A DNA stretch of 63,131 nt, the filler included, from Conidiobolus incongruus B7586 (Eukaryota), in NCBI GenBank assembly GCA_000697335.1. It is 8 parts of 8 records of this genome, joined end to end, with 100 filler letters (N's around TTAATTAATTAA, not from the genome) between each part and the next. Parts side by side here need not be neighbours in the genome. Positions count along the whole stretch, not along the records: positions 1 to 16,796 come from JNEM01006580.1; 7 more parts are not named here. One strand, given 5' to 3'. Under the pieces are notes generated by a model. It ran no database searches and was not told the origin of the DNA. It saw nothing but the letters and a program-made list of their open reading frames with translations. The translations under genes and the position numbers were made by a program. Shown in pieces: positions 1 to 13,441 of the stretch (position 1 is its first letter; the number at the start of each line of letters is the position of its first letter).

Positions 1-1101
1 AAAAGTTTTTTATTTTAGTATTAATAAAACTTAACCATAAACCCTTTAAAATTATTTAAAATTTATAAGTAATTTCTAATAATAAAGTATTATTTAAATT
101 AACAATTTATTATTAAATAAATTATTTTAAAGTTAAAAGAGAAAATATCTAAAACTTGTTAAAATTTAAAAAAACTAACTTTAACTATTACTCTTTTAAT
201 TATTAATAAAATGAAAAAATATATTATAAAATACTTTTTTATTTCAGTCAAAAAATTATCTAAGTATTTTAATATTAGTTTTATAAGTATTTTATATATA
301 TTAAAGTTTAAACTTAAATTAATAAATAAAAATATAAAATAGATACCTTATAATTTAACTAAAACTTAAAAAAATTAAAGTAATTATTATTAAATAAAAC
401 TTACTAAAATATTATTAGAAGCTTAAACTTTTATAGTAAATAATTATAATTGATGAATCTTAAATCTTTATATATAATTGTTTATTAAAACACAAATTAA
501 AATGTTAAATTAAGTTAAATTAACTTTTTTTATAAATCCCTTTAAATAAACAATTTGTTAATAAGTAAATATTAATTATTATAATAAATTATAATAATAT
601 ATACTATTTTTATTTAGTTTTTAAAAGAAAATTAATTAATAGTAAACTTTATATTGTGTTTTAAATAAAAATATTTTTAATTGGTATTTTTAATATAATT
701 TGACAAAACTTATTATTTTAAATGATAATTACAAAATACATAAATTTAAAGTTGTAAAAAACTTTCTAATTAAAAATAACTGGAAAAAACTACTATATCT
801 AATATATTTTTTAGATTATAACTTATGTAATTATAATTGCTTTAAGTAATTAAAAAACTAACTTACAAGAAAAAAATTTCTATAAGAAAATTTAATTAGT
901 TTGTAAAATATTAAATTTTAATCTTTAATAAAAAGAATTATTTTTTAAGTGTTAAATCTTTGTTAAAAATATAACAAAAAGTTATTAATAATAAAAGAAA
1001 CTATTAAATTTATATTATATATTTATTATTATATATTATATATCAAAATATTTATTTATTTTAAATTGCAAAAAATTCCTATATTTAAAAATACAAAGTA
1101 A
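1..1101 (+). mobile_element. Degenerate mariner-type (Tc1/mariner) transposon, 5' end cut by the window edge
   Basis: Aligns by eye with the complete copy at 45133-46426. Residual first-D motif IIIDES*IF at ~442-468. Right TIR ...aaaaaattcctatatttaaaaatacaaagtaa followed by TA. Confidence 0.8.
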
Positions 1102-1964
1102 TATCATTAACTTAATGAATTTAAAGTTTAAAAATTTTATTAAATTTTATATTATCAGCAGATGCAAACCAAAAAATTCATATATTCAAATTTATTAATT
1201 ATATAAATATTATAAATTAGATTATATTACAATTTTAGAATTTTATCAAGTTATAAAAAATTAAAACAGAATAAGTAGATTGAATATATTATTATTTTCA
1301 AAAAATATTAAAATATAACTTGATTGTTTTAAACAAAATTAATAAAAATTAATTAATTTTTTTTTGAATATAAACATGTTTAAGAAATGGAAATGAATCA
1401 TTTTTATAACTTTATTGAACTAGGAATTGTATATTTTGGTTTGGACTAAAAAGAGCTTATATAAAATGATATAGTTATAATATATTTAAAATATAATTTA
1501 GTAGTTGATAATTAATACAAAATAACTTTTGTATGTTTTAAAGATTACGTAATAAAAATAAGAATTAGTAATTAATTTGGAATTTTAAAAAATTTTAATT
1601 CTGAATATAAAAACTATATACTCTCACTTAAATTGGGTAGAAAGTATGTATAAATAAATAAAAAGACTACTGAAGGTTGATATAGAGTCAAAATATAGTA
1701 ATAGTAAAATGAATAAAATATTGTTGGTCAAGTTGATGAGAGTGTAAATATCAAAGACAACACTTGGTGAAGTGATATTTGTTGAAAATTATATTGAAAG
1801 AAATATGAGCACTAACTAATAAAATAATAATTTGAAAATATATTCAGTTTAATGAGTGATGAAAGAATATTTTGTTAAGTAAACAACTATTCATGAAAGA
1901 GTATCTTAGTTTTGGCAACTAAAATCATTTTGTTTTTATGGTTTTGGTTTTGATATAATTGATA

Positions 1965-2257
1965 GTAAGTGCTAGGTTGAAGCGATCCCAACCGACAAAG
2001 CCTGAAGGGAAGAAGTTCAGCGATCCCGAAGACTGCGAGAATGCGGAAAGTTTGCACTGCTCTGTTGCCAGCCTTATGCGGTTCCCCCCTCTTAACCCAC
2101 CTAGTTACCATCGCTTACACGACGATAGCTATGCGGACATTCTGCTTCACGGGACTGAGCAATCTACCCAACCGACCTATAAGTCAGAGGTACACTCCTC
2201 CCTAGCACCGACCCCCGTAGAAGCTCGGGTTACAGATGGACGCCACTCCATCCGGAC
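1965..2257 (-). ncRNA. SRP RNA (7SL) with a complete Alu domain
   Basis: The minus strand starts GUCCGGAUGGAGUGGCGUCCAUC-UGUAA-CCCGAGCUUCUACGGG (helix 3, UGUNR motif, helix 4). Helix-8 motif AGGCUG-GCAA-CAGAGCAG resembles the conserved AGGUCGGAAACGGAGCAG. GUGCUAGG near the 5' end pairs with CCUAGCAC at the 3' end. Length ~293 nt. Confidence 0.92.
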
Positions 2258-3060
2258 AAAGTAATGATTATTGAAGAAATAATTTCTGATTTTATAATTC
2301 ATTTCACCTTAATTAATTATTATGGGATTTAAAACCTTCTCCAAATCAACCCACTCACATGACACCAATTCAAATCGAGTAATCATCACACAAATTTACG
2401 AACCAAATTAATCACAAATCCCAATTATCAACCATGCAACATTCGAAATCATTAATCGGAAAATAACAAATAACAAGTAGTAATAAACAAAATAATAATA
2501 TGAATTAAAAAAGTAGATAAAACGTTAGAAAATTGATATGATTTAATTAAAATTTTTTTATTAATGGAAGATACATTTTTTTTAAATTTTGATCGAAATT
2601 TAGTGTTATGTAAATAAAATAGAGAATTATTAAAAGGAGAATGTTATTTATGGGGTAAAAATCAACTATGTATCATATCAAAAACTACCATCAATTCCGA
2701 TGATATCATTGTTTAAGTTCACATGTAACTATAGATGCAATTGAGTAATTTAAGTATTGAATAATTTGATCTCCTGTTGACACAATGATACATCATATCC
2801 TAAATCACTTTCTTAGTAATGACTAATGTTAATTTAGAGAGTAACAAAAAGAACAGTTTGAAACAATTAATAAAATTTATTATAATTTTAAAATTAATTT
2901 CCGGTGTCAATTTGATATATTCGTCAAAAGAAGTATCTGAGATGATACAGGGATATAAATATAGAGTCAATGGAATATCAGTGAAGTTTTAATTCATTCT
3001 GTGCTATCTTGATTTTTAATTGTATTTGTTTTCAAATATTTATTGTTTTATTTTTTTTAA

Positions 3061-3765
3061 ATGTTTTTTAAACTACTAAGTTTTTTGTTTTTGCAAAATT
3101 TGTCTAATGTAAACTGCCAATGCAACCCTTGGACTCACAAATTCTCGGATGGTTTGGGTCCGTTTAGTATTAATGGCAATGCTGAAGTAGCTAACGGTTT
3201 ACTCAGAATGAAAATGAACTTGGGTGTCACCCCCCATCCCGAAACTGGTGTGATTATGGGGTATGGTGCTAGAGTGGATTCAACCCAGGTAGTCCATTAT
3301 GGTAAATTCACTGCCAAAATGAGAGCTTCAGCATTACCTGGATGTGTCACAGGTTTTGTGATGATGAGCCCCAGTAAGGATGAAATTGATTATGAATGGG
3401 TGGGCAAGAGCGCATCAACCACTCAGACCAACTACTATGTCAAAGGTAAGTTGGATTACACTAAAGGCTACATTGCGAACAATGGCTATGACATTTCTCA
3501 ATCTTTTCATGAATATTCCGTTGAATGGAGAGCTGACAAAATTGTATGGAGTATTGATGGTAACGTAGTAAGAACAGTGGAAGCTGGAGCATCTGATATT
3601 GGTATTCCTTCAGAAGCAGGTAACTTGATCTTCTCATTATGGGATGGTGGTGCAGGTCTTCCAGGCACAAGTGATTGGGCAGGCGGTAAAATTAATTGGA
3701 GCAGTCCTCTCTTGGAGAATGGTGCAACTTATGCTGATATTGAATGGGTTTCCTATACTTGTTAA
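3061..3765 (+). CDS. Secreted glycoside hydrolase family 16 (Crh1/Utr2-like or beta-glucanase)
   Basis: Intronless 234-aa ORF with a signal peptide, catalytic DEIDYEW motif, FHEYSVEW and WSIDG. Confidence 0.92.
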   Translation: MFFKLLSFLFLQNLSNVNCQCNPWTHKFSDGLGPFSINGNAEVANGLLRMKMNLGVTPHPETGVIMGYGARVDSTQVVHYGKFTAKMRASALPGCVTGFVMMSPSKDEIDYEWVGKSASTTQTNYYVKGKLDYTKGYIANNGYDISQSFHEYSVEWRADKIVWSIDGNVVRTVEAGASDIGIPSEAGNLIFSLWDGGAGLPGTSDWAGGKINWSSPLLENGATYADIEWVSYTC

Positions 3766-4603
3766 TTTATTATTTCAGTTTATTGTTTGGAATATTTTAT
3801 AATTTAGAATAAATAATATTTGCAATAATTTTAAAATTTAAACTCTTTTCATCTCTTTAATTCTATAATTTATATATTTTAAGTACTATCACTTTTAAAT
3901 GATTTAAAAAACTCGGAAAATCACCATTGTTAATAATCTATACCATTATATACTATTAGTTTATTAAATTGCTATGTATCTAATCAATTCCGTTCAAATT
4001 CTATACTATTCCAATAAATTTCACCTTCAACGATCGCCTAATAACTCCATATCAAACAAAATTCTAAATAAAAAAAATGCTAAAATATATTTTATGGTAG
4101 GAAGATAGAGGAAATTGTTTATATTAAGTGTTTAAATATTCTCCAGACATGCTTTCAAATCAAGATTAGCACCAATAAAAGTTAGATTAATATTTCAAAA
4201 ACATATCTATTTGTCAAATTACATTTTTACTGCATTTAAATGCAAAAACCATATCAGTTGAATTTATTGTCAATATTAATTTTTCATTTCTACAAAAAAT
4301 ATATTACTTAATTTAAATAATTCACACGAAATTTTTATAATCTAAAATTATATATTGCAATCGATTACTTTTTAATATTTATTTCAAATATTATGAATAC
4401 TTAATATAAAATTTGTGAACAATAAATCCACCAACTTTGAGCAATTTGTCAGTATACTTTTATTAGTCAAAAATTATTAATGAATAGTTTGAAATTATAA
4501 TGATAAATATTTCAATCACTAATTATATAATTTTTTGAAATCTATCTATCCATTTTAAATAGTTAATCATTTAATATTTTCAAAATCAATTATTCTTTAG
4601 TAT

Positions 4604-4911
4604 TACAGGTCTGCTGGGAAATAGCCTTGCAATAAGGATTAGGTAATTTGGATGAAACTGGCAAAATGTGGTTCACGAGATAGTTTAAAGAGTTTTATTA
4701 AAAAATCAAGATGATCTCAGAGCAAATATGTGCTCAGTAGTAGTTTTATAATGCTATCGGTCCTTGAGATAATGTGTTGCATAAATGATTGTAATTATTG
4801 TCCGGAATTTCATATTGTACAAGAATTGTGTAAGGTACTTAAGTGGATTACATTCGGAATAATGATAGATGGTTTAAGTTGAATGGCGAGCGGACCTTCC
4901 GATCAACTACG
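4604..4911 (-). mobile_element. Diverged solo LTR, same family as 47195-47528
   Basis: Collinear similarity along its length to 47195-47528, e.g. ggcgagcggacctYccgatc, agtggattacat, gagttttattaaaa. The termini are degraded. Confidence 0.7.
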
Positions 4912-5441
4912 ATATAAATATATTAATATTCAGTTATTTTTGAAATTTGATTCAATATTAGCATAATTAAAACAACTATTTATTTTTTTTTGATATATAT
5001 CAACAAAAAAATCAAATTTTAATAAATTGAAAATTTTTATCATATTTTCAAAATAAAAAATATTAATAATGAAAAACTAATACTTTATATTATTATAGTA
5101 TTAAAATTCTATATTGGTTTTAACGATTCAAATTTAATACATAATTTTGTCTTATCATCATGTCAGATTGAAATATTAAATATAATTTATGAGTTGATAA
5201 TAGCATTGTTATATGTTAAACCATGAAAAATTAGATATACATATAAATATAGCAAAATACAAAATTTCAAAATCTTTTAATTATATATATATATATATAT
5301 ATATTTTAAATATTCTTTCAATTTGATGTATAAAATGAATTTAAATATTTAAAAATATCAAATCCAAATTTAATTACACAAATAATTCAACTCTATCAAT
5401 AACCACAATTAAAATTTAATTGAATAATTTATATCTATCAA

Positions 5442-7362
5442 ATGATCCAGCCTCTGAAAAAAACTCTATTCAATTTTTTGATTTCATCTCACCTTCAGAA
5501 ACCTATGTCCAACTATTATTATAATAAAAAATCTGAATCAAAAAATAAAACATATCATAAAAACCATAATTATAAATCTGATAATATACTACTAGATAAA
5601 CCAACTGAAGATGATGACGTAGACAATTTAATTAATAGTTTGAATAACATTTCTATTTCTAACCACTCTAAAACTAATTCAAATGATAAAATTACCACAA
5701 GCGTAGTAGAATCCAAAGTTACTTGTGAAAATATTTATAACATAACTCAAGATTTAGATAAAGACCAGAAACGAGTGATAGATCTGATTTTTAAACTTAA
5801 GAAAAATGTATTTTTTACTGGATCTGCGGGTAATAATAATATTAATATCAAAAAGGATAATTTTTAGTAATAGAGTCCTTAGGTACTGGTAAAAGTTTCC
5901 TAATTAGAAAAATTATTGAAATTGCAAAATTAAATGATTCTGAAAGTTATGGAGAAAATGATAATGTGAGGAGTGACTTTGGAAAAATCGCTGTCACGGC
6001 AACTACAGGGTTGGCTGCATTCCAGTTGGGAGGTACTACAATTCATAGTTTTGCAGGTATTGGTTTAGGTACCAAACCAGCCAGCAAACTGGTTGTCGAT
6101 ATTTTACAAAATCCGGTTAAAGTTAATGCGTGGAAAAGAGTTGAGTTATTGATTGTAGACGAAAGTATATTATATATTACATCGATATTCAGCAATATAT
6201 TGATATAATTTAATAGTATCTATGATGCATTGTGAATTATTTGATAAATTGGAATTTATAGCTAAAAAAATACGTAAAAATGAAGAACCTTTTGGCGGTA
6301 TTCAAGTAATAATAGCTTATATTTTCATTTTATATATTATTAATGTCATATTAATAGTTAGTATTATCCGGCGATTTCTTTCAATTACCACCAATATCAA
6401 AGGAGGATTCGGACATCAAATTCGCATTTGAAGCTAAATCTTGGAAAGACTGCATTGATGAGACCGTAGTATTGAATAAAATTTATAGGCAAAAGGATCC
6501 TGGTAATTGATATCAATATATATTAGTATAGCAGCAATAACTCACCCTTATTTAGAATTATCAAAAATTTTAAACCAAGCTCGTCTTGGTGAAATGACAG
6601 AGGAATCCATTGCTATATTCCAAAGTTTGGACAGACCTTTGAAGATGGATGATGGTATTGAGCCCACTCGATTGTTCCCTATGAGATATCAGGTAGATGA
6701 ATTCAACCTACGCAGATTGGATGATTTGCAGGGGAAAACTTATCAGTTTATTGCGAAAGATACTGGGAGTCCGTATTACATACAGAAACTCGATGATGTG
6801 TGTATGTTTCCCAAGGTTCTCGATCTCAAGGTTGGTGCTCAAGTTATACTCCTCCACAATCTTAATCATGGACGGGGATTGGTTAATGGACTCTTGGGGA
6901 AAATAGTGGAATTCAAACCTCTGGGCTTTAATTCAACAAATCATAATAGTATTCAATATCCTGTTGTGGAATTCATCAATGGGCAAACTCTACTATGTAC
7001 GAGAGTTATGAGAACTTTGGAGGTTGATGACAAAGTTGTGGCTACTAGATATCAAATTCCGTTAGCTTTGGCTTGGTCTTTCTCTATTCATAAAGCACAA
7101 GGTTTAACCCTTGACAAAGTTAGAGTTGACTTAAGTAAAATTTTTGAAAAAGGTAACATTTATGGTATACATTTGAACTATTATATGATATTAATATATA
7201 TTAGGACAAGCTTATGTTGCCCTGAGTCGATGCACAACAATTGAAGGACTTCAAATTCTCAATTTTGATCCGTTTAAAGTACAAGCTCACCACAAAGTCA
7301 TCGAATATTATAACTTGTATCAAAATAAGGACAACAATGAAGAAAAAAATCATTCAAAATGA
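5442..7362 (+). CDS. PIF1: PIF1-family 5'-3' DNA helicase, 6 exons (5442-5829, 5883-6164, 6217-6305, 6358-6502, 6556-7152, 7205-7362)
   Basis: Spliced Walker [57 protein letters not shown] and GQAYVALSR. Five ~52-nt GT-AG introns. Confidence 0.95.
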
Positions 7363-7630
7363 GATAAATAATTAATTTACCAAAATGCTTAATAGAAAAT
7401 GAATCTAAAACTGACCCTTCCGAAGACATTTTATAATATTTAATTTTAATTGAATTATTTTAGTTCATATTAAATAACCTTAATTTAATACATCATTTCC
7501 TTACAAGTTAATTCCGTTTAAATTTTTATTTTGATTAATATTTAGTTAATAAATAGAATTTAAATAATTTAAAATTATGATAATGGAATATTTGATTAAA
7601 TATTCATTTATCATTTTCTTGGAGAGAATA

Positions 7631-9400
7631 TTAGTGATAAAATTTGATAATTTTGGGATGAGATTGCAGTTTAAGGTGTTTGAAGTAAATTTGAAGCACT
7701 TCAATGGTGACACAACGACTGAAAGCAAAGTATGTTTGACCTTAAAAAATCAATTAATATTATTTAAGTGTTTAAACTATAGGAGATCGAATTGCCTTTT
7801 CCAAAAACTCTTCTCAAATCAATTTTAACCTTTTCAATAATCAGTCCTTGAGATTTGTGAACTGATAGGGCCTACGCAAGCATTAAAGGAAGTTGAAGTC
7901 ACATGACCAGCACCTAGCCATTCGACTCCCAAATGGAATCTTCGGGAATGTATAAATGGAAGGGTCCATGATTGAATTGGACAAGAAGATATACGCGGCT
8001 GAGATCACAAAACACCTTATTACCTTCGAAATTATGTCTGGGTTGCTCGAAACCAACGACTATTCCTAAAGAGTCGTTCACTAACTTTGAGGTCTAAGAT
8101 TCTTGAATATCATTACTTGAACACCTAGTTTAAGTTCGAGTACTTCGGGTAGTCTGCATACGTATTGAACTTTTTTTAAATATCTCAATCCCAGAGTCGG
8201 ATGATACAATTAGATGCGCTATACCAAATAATTCAGTGAGTTTAGTCAAGTTGAAATTTTATACCTTGAGTCTTGTGGGAAACATTTGTGTAGGTCGCAT
8301 TCTATCATATATTTGAAATAATCTTGATAAATTTTGAAATAGAGCAATTGTGTCTTCGGTTAATTCACTAATGGAAGCTTGATTTAATTCTAGATAACTC
8401 TACATTGATGTTAGCGATTTTAAATAAGTTGATGTGTAAAATTAATATGACCAGGACCCCTCTGTCTAAAAATCTTCTTCAATACAATAGCTTCATCAAT
8501 GAAATCATTCCAAGCACATGCTTTTAAAAGCAAATTTAACACTAGGATTCTTTTTTACAGGTAGTAACTGGAGAAAATCTCCCGAGAAATTAAACTAATA
8601 GCAACAAGTTAACAAATAGATCAGCTAATAATTACAAAATACTTGAATATTCCCAAAACTTTTGTCATTACCTCGAAATTTTCTTGTTATATACCTTAAT
8701 TTGTCGAATATTTCTCTTTCCATCATTAATACTGTCAATGATATTCATAAACAATTAAATGTTATAGTACAATATAATGTTCACTTTCTTTAGTATTTAG
8801 TAATTTTGCATATCTCCATTTCTTTCTCTTATTTTTACTTGCTAAAATATTTTCAATTAACTTGTCGACTATATTCGTGCCCAAACTAATGCCTTCAGAA
8901 CTATGCATAGTAGAACCTCCCAAATTAAATGATGCAAATCTGATTGTTGAAGTCATCCCCGCATACTTTCTACTCGTTGCAAAGCTCCAGGTTGGATCTT
9001 CCAGTATATCCCAAAGCTCTCACTTTTTTATTACCTTTTTGATTATATGAAATTTGCCAGTACCTAGATTTTTATTAATAATGAAACTCTATTCAATTGG
9101 TTAATATAGTATTATTATCTGTAGAACATACAAGATAATTTTTCTTCTAGTTAATAATGAAACCCAAAACTATGACTTGTTATTCAGAAAGTTCAGGCTC
9201 CAAAACATACCTAGATTCTAATGAACCATCCTTTAATAAGTCAACTCTGAAGAACTTTCGATATCGATAAGTTTGAATGAGTGTTCATTTCGCTTGCCAC
9301 TATTAGACAACGTCCTATTCAGAGTTTGGTTGTAGGGTTGAGTCTCGTGATAGATATATACAGGATTTTGAATGGATTTGAATTTGCAAAATTTTGACAT
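7631..9400 (-). pseudogene. Full-length PIF1 paralog pseudogene, convergent with the intact PIF1
   Basis: The minus strand gives FASFNLGGSTMHSSEGISLG, ELTEDTIALFQNL, PTQMFPTR, LPEVLELKLGVQV, QLPLMLA*ALSVHKSQGL and GQTYFAFSRC. It has several stops and frameshifts, with introns at equivalent positions. Confidence 0.88.
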
Positions 9401-9912
9401 AAAATATTGGGGAATTTGATTAAGTTTAATTCCATTTATTAATATATAATAAATGTAACCAAGAATTTTTTAGAATTTGAATTGGTCAAGTCACGAATTT
9501 TATTGAAAATAAGAAATTGAAATGGTTTTTGGGTAAAATTAATTTATCAATTAGAGGAAAATTTGGTAAAATGAATAGTCATAATTAAAAAATTCCTTCC
9601 TAATATCACTCATTCAAAATAACAAGTATTCATCAAAATTTGCTAATTTAAGTTATGTTTAATTCAAAGTGTAACTGTTTAATTGATGAAATATCAAATA
9701 ATATCATAAAATTGAATTCTATTCGAAAAATTAGAATATATTTTAAAAATAATTTAACAAAGTTAAAAAAATAAAAGTAAATAATAAAATTATGATTAAT
9801 TTTTAATAAAACAAATTTATACACAATATTAATATAGTAGGAGTGATTATTAAACGGAGGAGATAAAATGTAAGATAGTCGAGAAATATGGGAGCGTATA
9901 TTGAAATCAAAT

Positions 9913-12900
9913 CTAAAAAGTCTAAAAATTGATAGTTAGCTATGGATTGTTGAGATATTATGATTAATCTACCTCATTAGAATTGGGACAGTTTTCAGTT
10001 GTATGGCCTTGAAAATCTCCACAGTTGTCACAGTACTAAAAAACTGTAAATAACAAAAACTATTAGTAAAAGATATAATATTTACTGGATCGTCATCTTC
10101 GTTATAATCATCATATTCACCATCGAGAACAACCGATTTACAGCTCATAATATCGTGACCAAATTCATCACAGATATCACAATATAACTGTTGATTAGTT
10201 TCTTGCTTAGGGAGAGGTCGAGGATATGATACATTGACTTCGCTGAGCAAACTCTTAAGTTCTTGGTCTTCAAGATCGTCGAATTTGGATGATTTACTCT
10301 GAGCCATAGACATTTGAGATGCTGGAACACTATCGTGTGTATCATTTCTTGGGCCGTTTCTTGACATTTCATCAATTTGGTCTTTGAGAATCTGAATTTG
10401 ATCATCGAGTTCAGATTCGCGGTAGATCTTACTCTCAAGCATGTCTTCCAACTCCATCTTACTCTCCTTGAGTTTACGGATCTCAAGTTTCATCTGGTGT
10501 TCTTTTTCTTGGAATTCAACCGTCATTTCGCGGATTTGTTCATGAAGGAGAACATCAGAACCTCCCTCTTGCAAGGCTTTCTCTAACGTTTGCACACGCA
10601 AAGTTTGTTGTTCAAGTTGCTCCATATAATGGGCGCAATCTTCTTCAAGGATATCCCAACTGCTAGCCATTTGATCGTATTCGGTTGTAATTGCAGCAAG
10701 CTGTGACTTATATTGGTTACAATTTGCCGTAGCTTTCATCAGCTCGTTTTTGGTATTGGTGAGATCAGCTGTTAATTGAGTAACCAAGGCTTCTTTTTCA
10801 GCTAGTTTAGCAAGTAATTCTTCATCAAAATTTTTGGAAGGATCATCTTTTTCAGCTTTTGATTTATATTCCCGGGATAATTCAAGTTCTTTTTCGAGAC
10901 ACTGAATTCTATGTTTGAGTTCGTGTGTGGATTGATCAATTTCGCTGTCAATATGGCCATTCGAGCCGGCTTTGGTGGAGTGATTATCAATTGATAAGTT
11001 ATTAGAATCTAATTGAGTCAAGGAAGCTGTCAAAGCTTGTAGTTGTACCATGGCGTCGTCTCTTTCAGATTTATAAGATTCTAATAAGTCGAGGTATTCT
11101 TGAACCTCTTCGCCCAATTGATCGTATTCAGCCTTACTGACCCATTCTCCATCGGGAGACATAGCATTGTTTTGAATTGTTTGATTTACATTTGAACTAA
11201 GTGACTCTAACTTTTTCCTCAAATCATCATTATCTTGTCTGAGTTTCTCTTCTATCTTCCTGGCTTCATCCAATTGGATTCTATGTTGTTCATCTAATAT
11301 TTGACTGGTATTTTCAAACTCTGCACGGGTTTGATAAAGATGATCAATATCCAACTTTAGCTTCTTATTTTCAGATTGAAGATGTTTAACAGTGGATGAA
11401 ATTGCTTCAATAGCTTCTTGCCCACTTGCACCGATTTCGTTGGCCAGTTTTTCTAACTTGCTTTTCTGAATTTGACTTTCTTGAAGCTGTTTATTGAGAT
11501 TCTCAATTTCCTTATTCGCATCTTCATAAAGTTGAAGCCTACTTGATCCCGAAACCTCAAGTTCAGTCACGCTACTTTCCAAAGCACGAATTCTGGCATG
11601 TAAAGTAGATACTTCGGTTTCTTGTTTGGACTCTTGCTCTTTGATTTGCTGCTTTAGAGCCTGAATTTGTTGGGAGGCTCGAGCCTTTGTTTGTTCCAAA
11701 GATTTGGTGAGTTCTTCAACTTCTTTCAACTTTTGATTGTAAGCTTCTGAATCTATGACACCAGAAGGAACGTTGACATTATTTTTTAGAGAATCCAGTT
11801 GTCTTCGTAGATTGGTGATTTCATCATCCTTATTAGAATTCAATAATTTAAGATCATCAATAGCAGTTTGTAACTCTTTGATTTGATTAGTTTTGGCATC
11901 AAAATCCTTTGTTATATTAGTAATTTCTTCCTCGATCAATTTAGAATCTGGAGCCAAACTATAGAGCTTATCTTTCAATACTCTAATCTCTAATCCTAGT
12001 TTGGTAGTTGAATGAGTAAGATCATTAATTCTTTGATCTTTAATTCCAAGTAATCTTTTCCATTCTCCTCCAGAGGCTGCCGTAGTATCAGTCTGACCAT
12101 TCAAAAATTGGAACGGTCTTCCTTTACCCATAAACTCACTCTGTAACAATTTGGTGGCTTCAATTTGAGCCTTACCTTTCTTGAGCTCTAATTTCAGGTA
12201 TTTATTTTGAGCTTCTATTGTTTCTATTCTAGACTTGAGTTTTGGAATCTAAACAAATTAGGTTAAATAACAAGTTAGCTTTGAATTAATTTGAAGAATT
12301 ACCAAAATTGAAGGCTCTAAACTTTCATCTATAGAAAACACTGAATCATCAGATCTCTCAGTCATGAATGACTTTTCCATCCCATTTTCGCTACCTAAGC
12401 CCCTTCCAGAATCTTGACGACCTGAAATATCAGCTCCTAATAAGGAGTTGGAATTTTGATTTTGTGTTGCTCGAAGTCTGGCGCGAATATCTGCATTTCT
12501 TGATAAAATCTGGTTGATCGAATTTGATGACGTGGATTTCATTGCGGCATCGGCAATTCTGGTAGTTTCAGGACCACCCAAATTATTGGAAAGGCCTTTC
12601 GAGTTATAAAGTGAGCTGGGGCGTTGGGAAATCTCACCTGGTGCTTTAGCAGTACGTGGCAATGATTTGGTTCCCAAACTATTGGGTGCAAGTGAAGGTT
12701 TAGAGGTTGGTGCATTGGTAGTATCATCCAAAGCAATCTTAGTTGCGTGAACAAATATACCAGTTTCAGGAGGACAATTAAAATAAACACGACTATAGTT
12801 ATATTAAAAATTAATAATTGAATGTAGCATATTAGATAATTATCTTACCCTGCAAATGTACCGTCGTTTTTACCAGTACCTCTTTCGAATAACTCAATAC

Positions 12901-13441
12901 CCGCCCAGAGTCCTGGTTTTCCATCAATTGCTCCTAAAAACCTCAAAGTCCCTTTTAAATTCATCGAAGGTACCTGAACTACAGAATTAATAGGTATTTT
13001 TGGGACCTCAGGGGCAGCTGGCTTTTTCAATTTATCTTTAACTGCTGATGCAACAGGTTTAGTACCAGGCTTTGTGCCAAGTAAACCACTTTTGAGCGAA
13101 GGGTTGGTTGGAATTTTGGAAGGAGATCTTAGACTTGACGCAGGTGTTGGCAACCCAGTCTTTTTGACTGTCGGTTTGATAGGTGGTGTGCTTGGAGGGC
13201 TTCGTGGAGAGATAGGGTTGGACATTGCAATTTTTGATGGACGGTTATGTGGTGAGGAATTATTCATTTGAGCGAAGAATGGGGAATCTGACTTTAAAGA
13301 AGTATCAGATATAGCGCTAACGCTCATCTCTCCCATAGAATAATCTTCCAGGATAGAGCCTGAATTTGATAAATCTCCCGAATCTAAGGGCTGAGGTGTA
13401 GAGTTGGAGGATTTAGTATTCTTTTTAGCTAATGCAGACAT
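9913..13441 (-). CDS. CLIP-170/Tip1/Bik1-like microtubule plus-end protein (CAP-Gly, long coiled coil, two zinc knuckles, C-terminal ETF)
   Basis: Spliced CAP-Gly GKNDGTFAG|RVYFNCPPETGIFV and ~600 aa of coiled coil. Zinc knuckles YCDICDEFGHDIMSC and YCDNCGDFQGHTTENC. Exons approx. 13441-12849, 12792-12303, 12248-10086, 10035-9973, 9921-9913. Confidence 0.88.

Noticed and set aside
1887..2264. ORFs 1887-2111 (-) and 1959-2264 (+)
   Set aside because: They overlap the SRP RNA and are by-products of its higher GC.
5442..9400. Helitron interpretation of the PIF1 genes
   Set aside because: No HUH Rep domain or Helitron termini; the motifs and introns fit a cellular PIF1.
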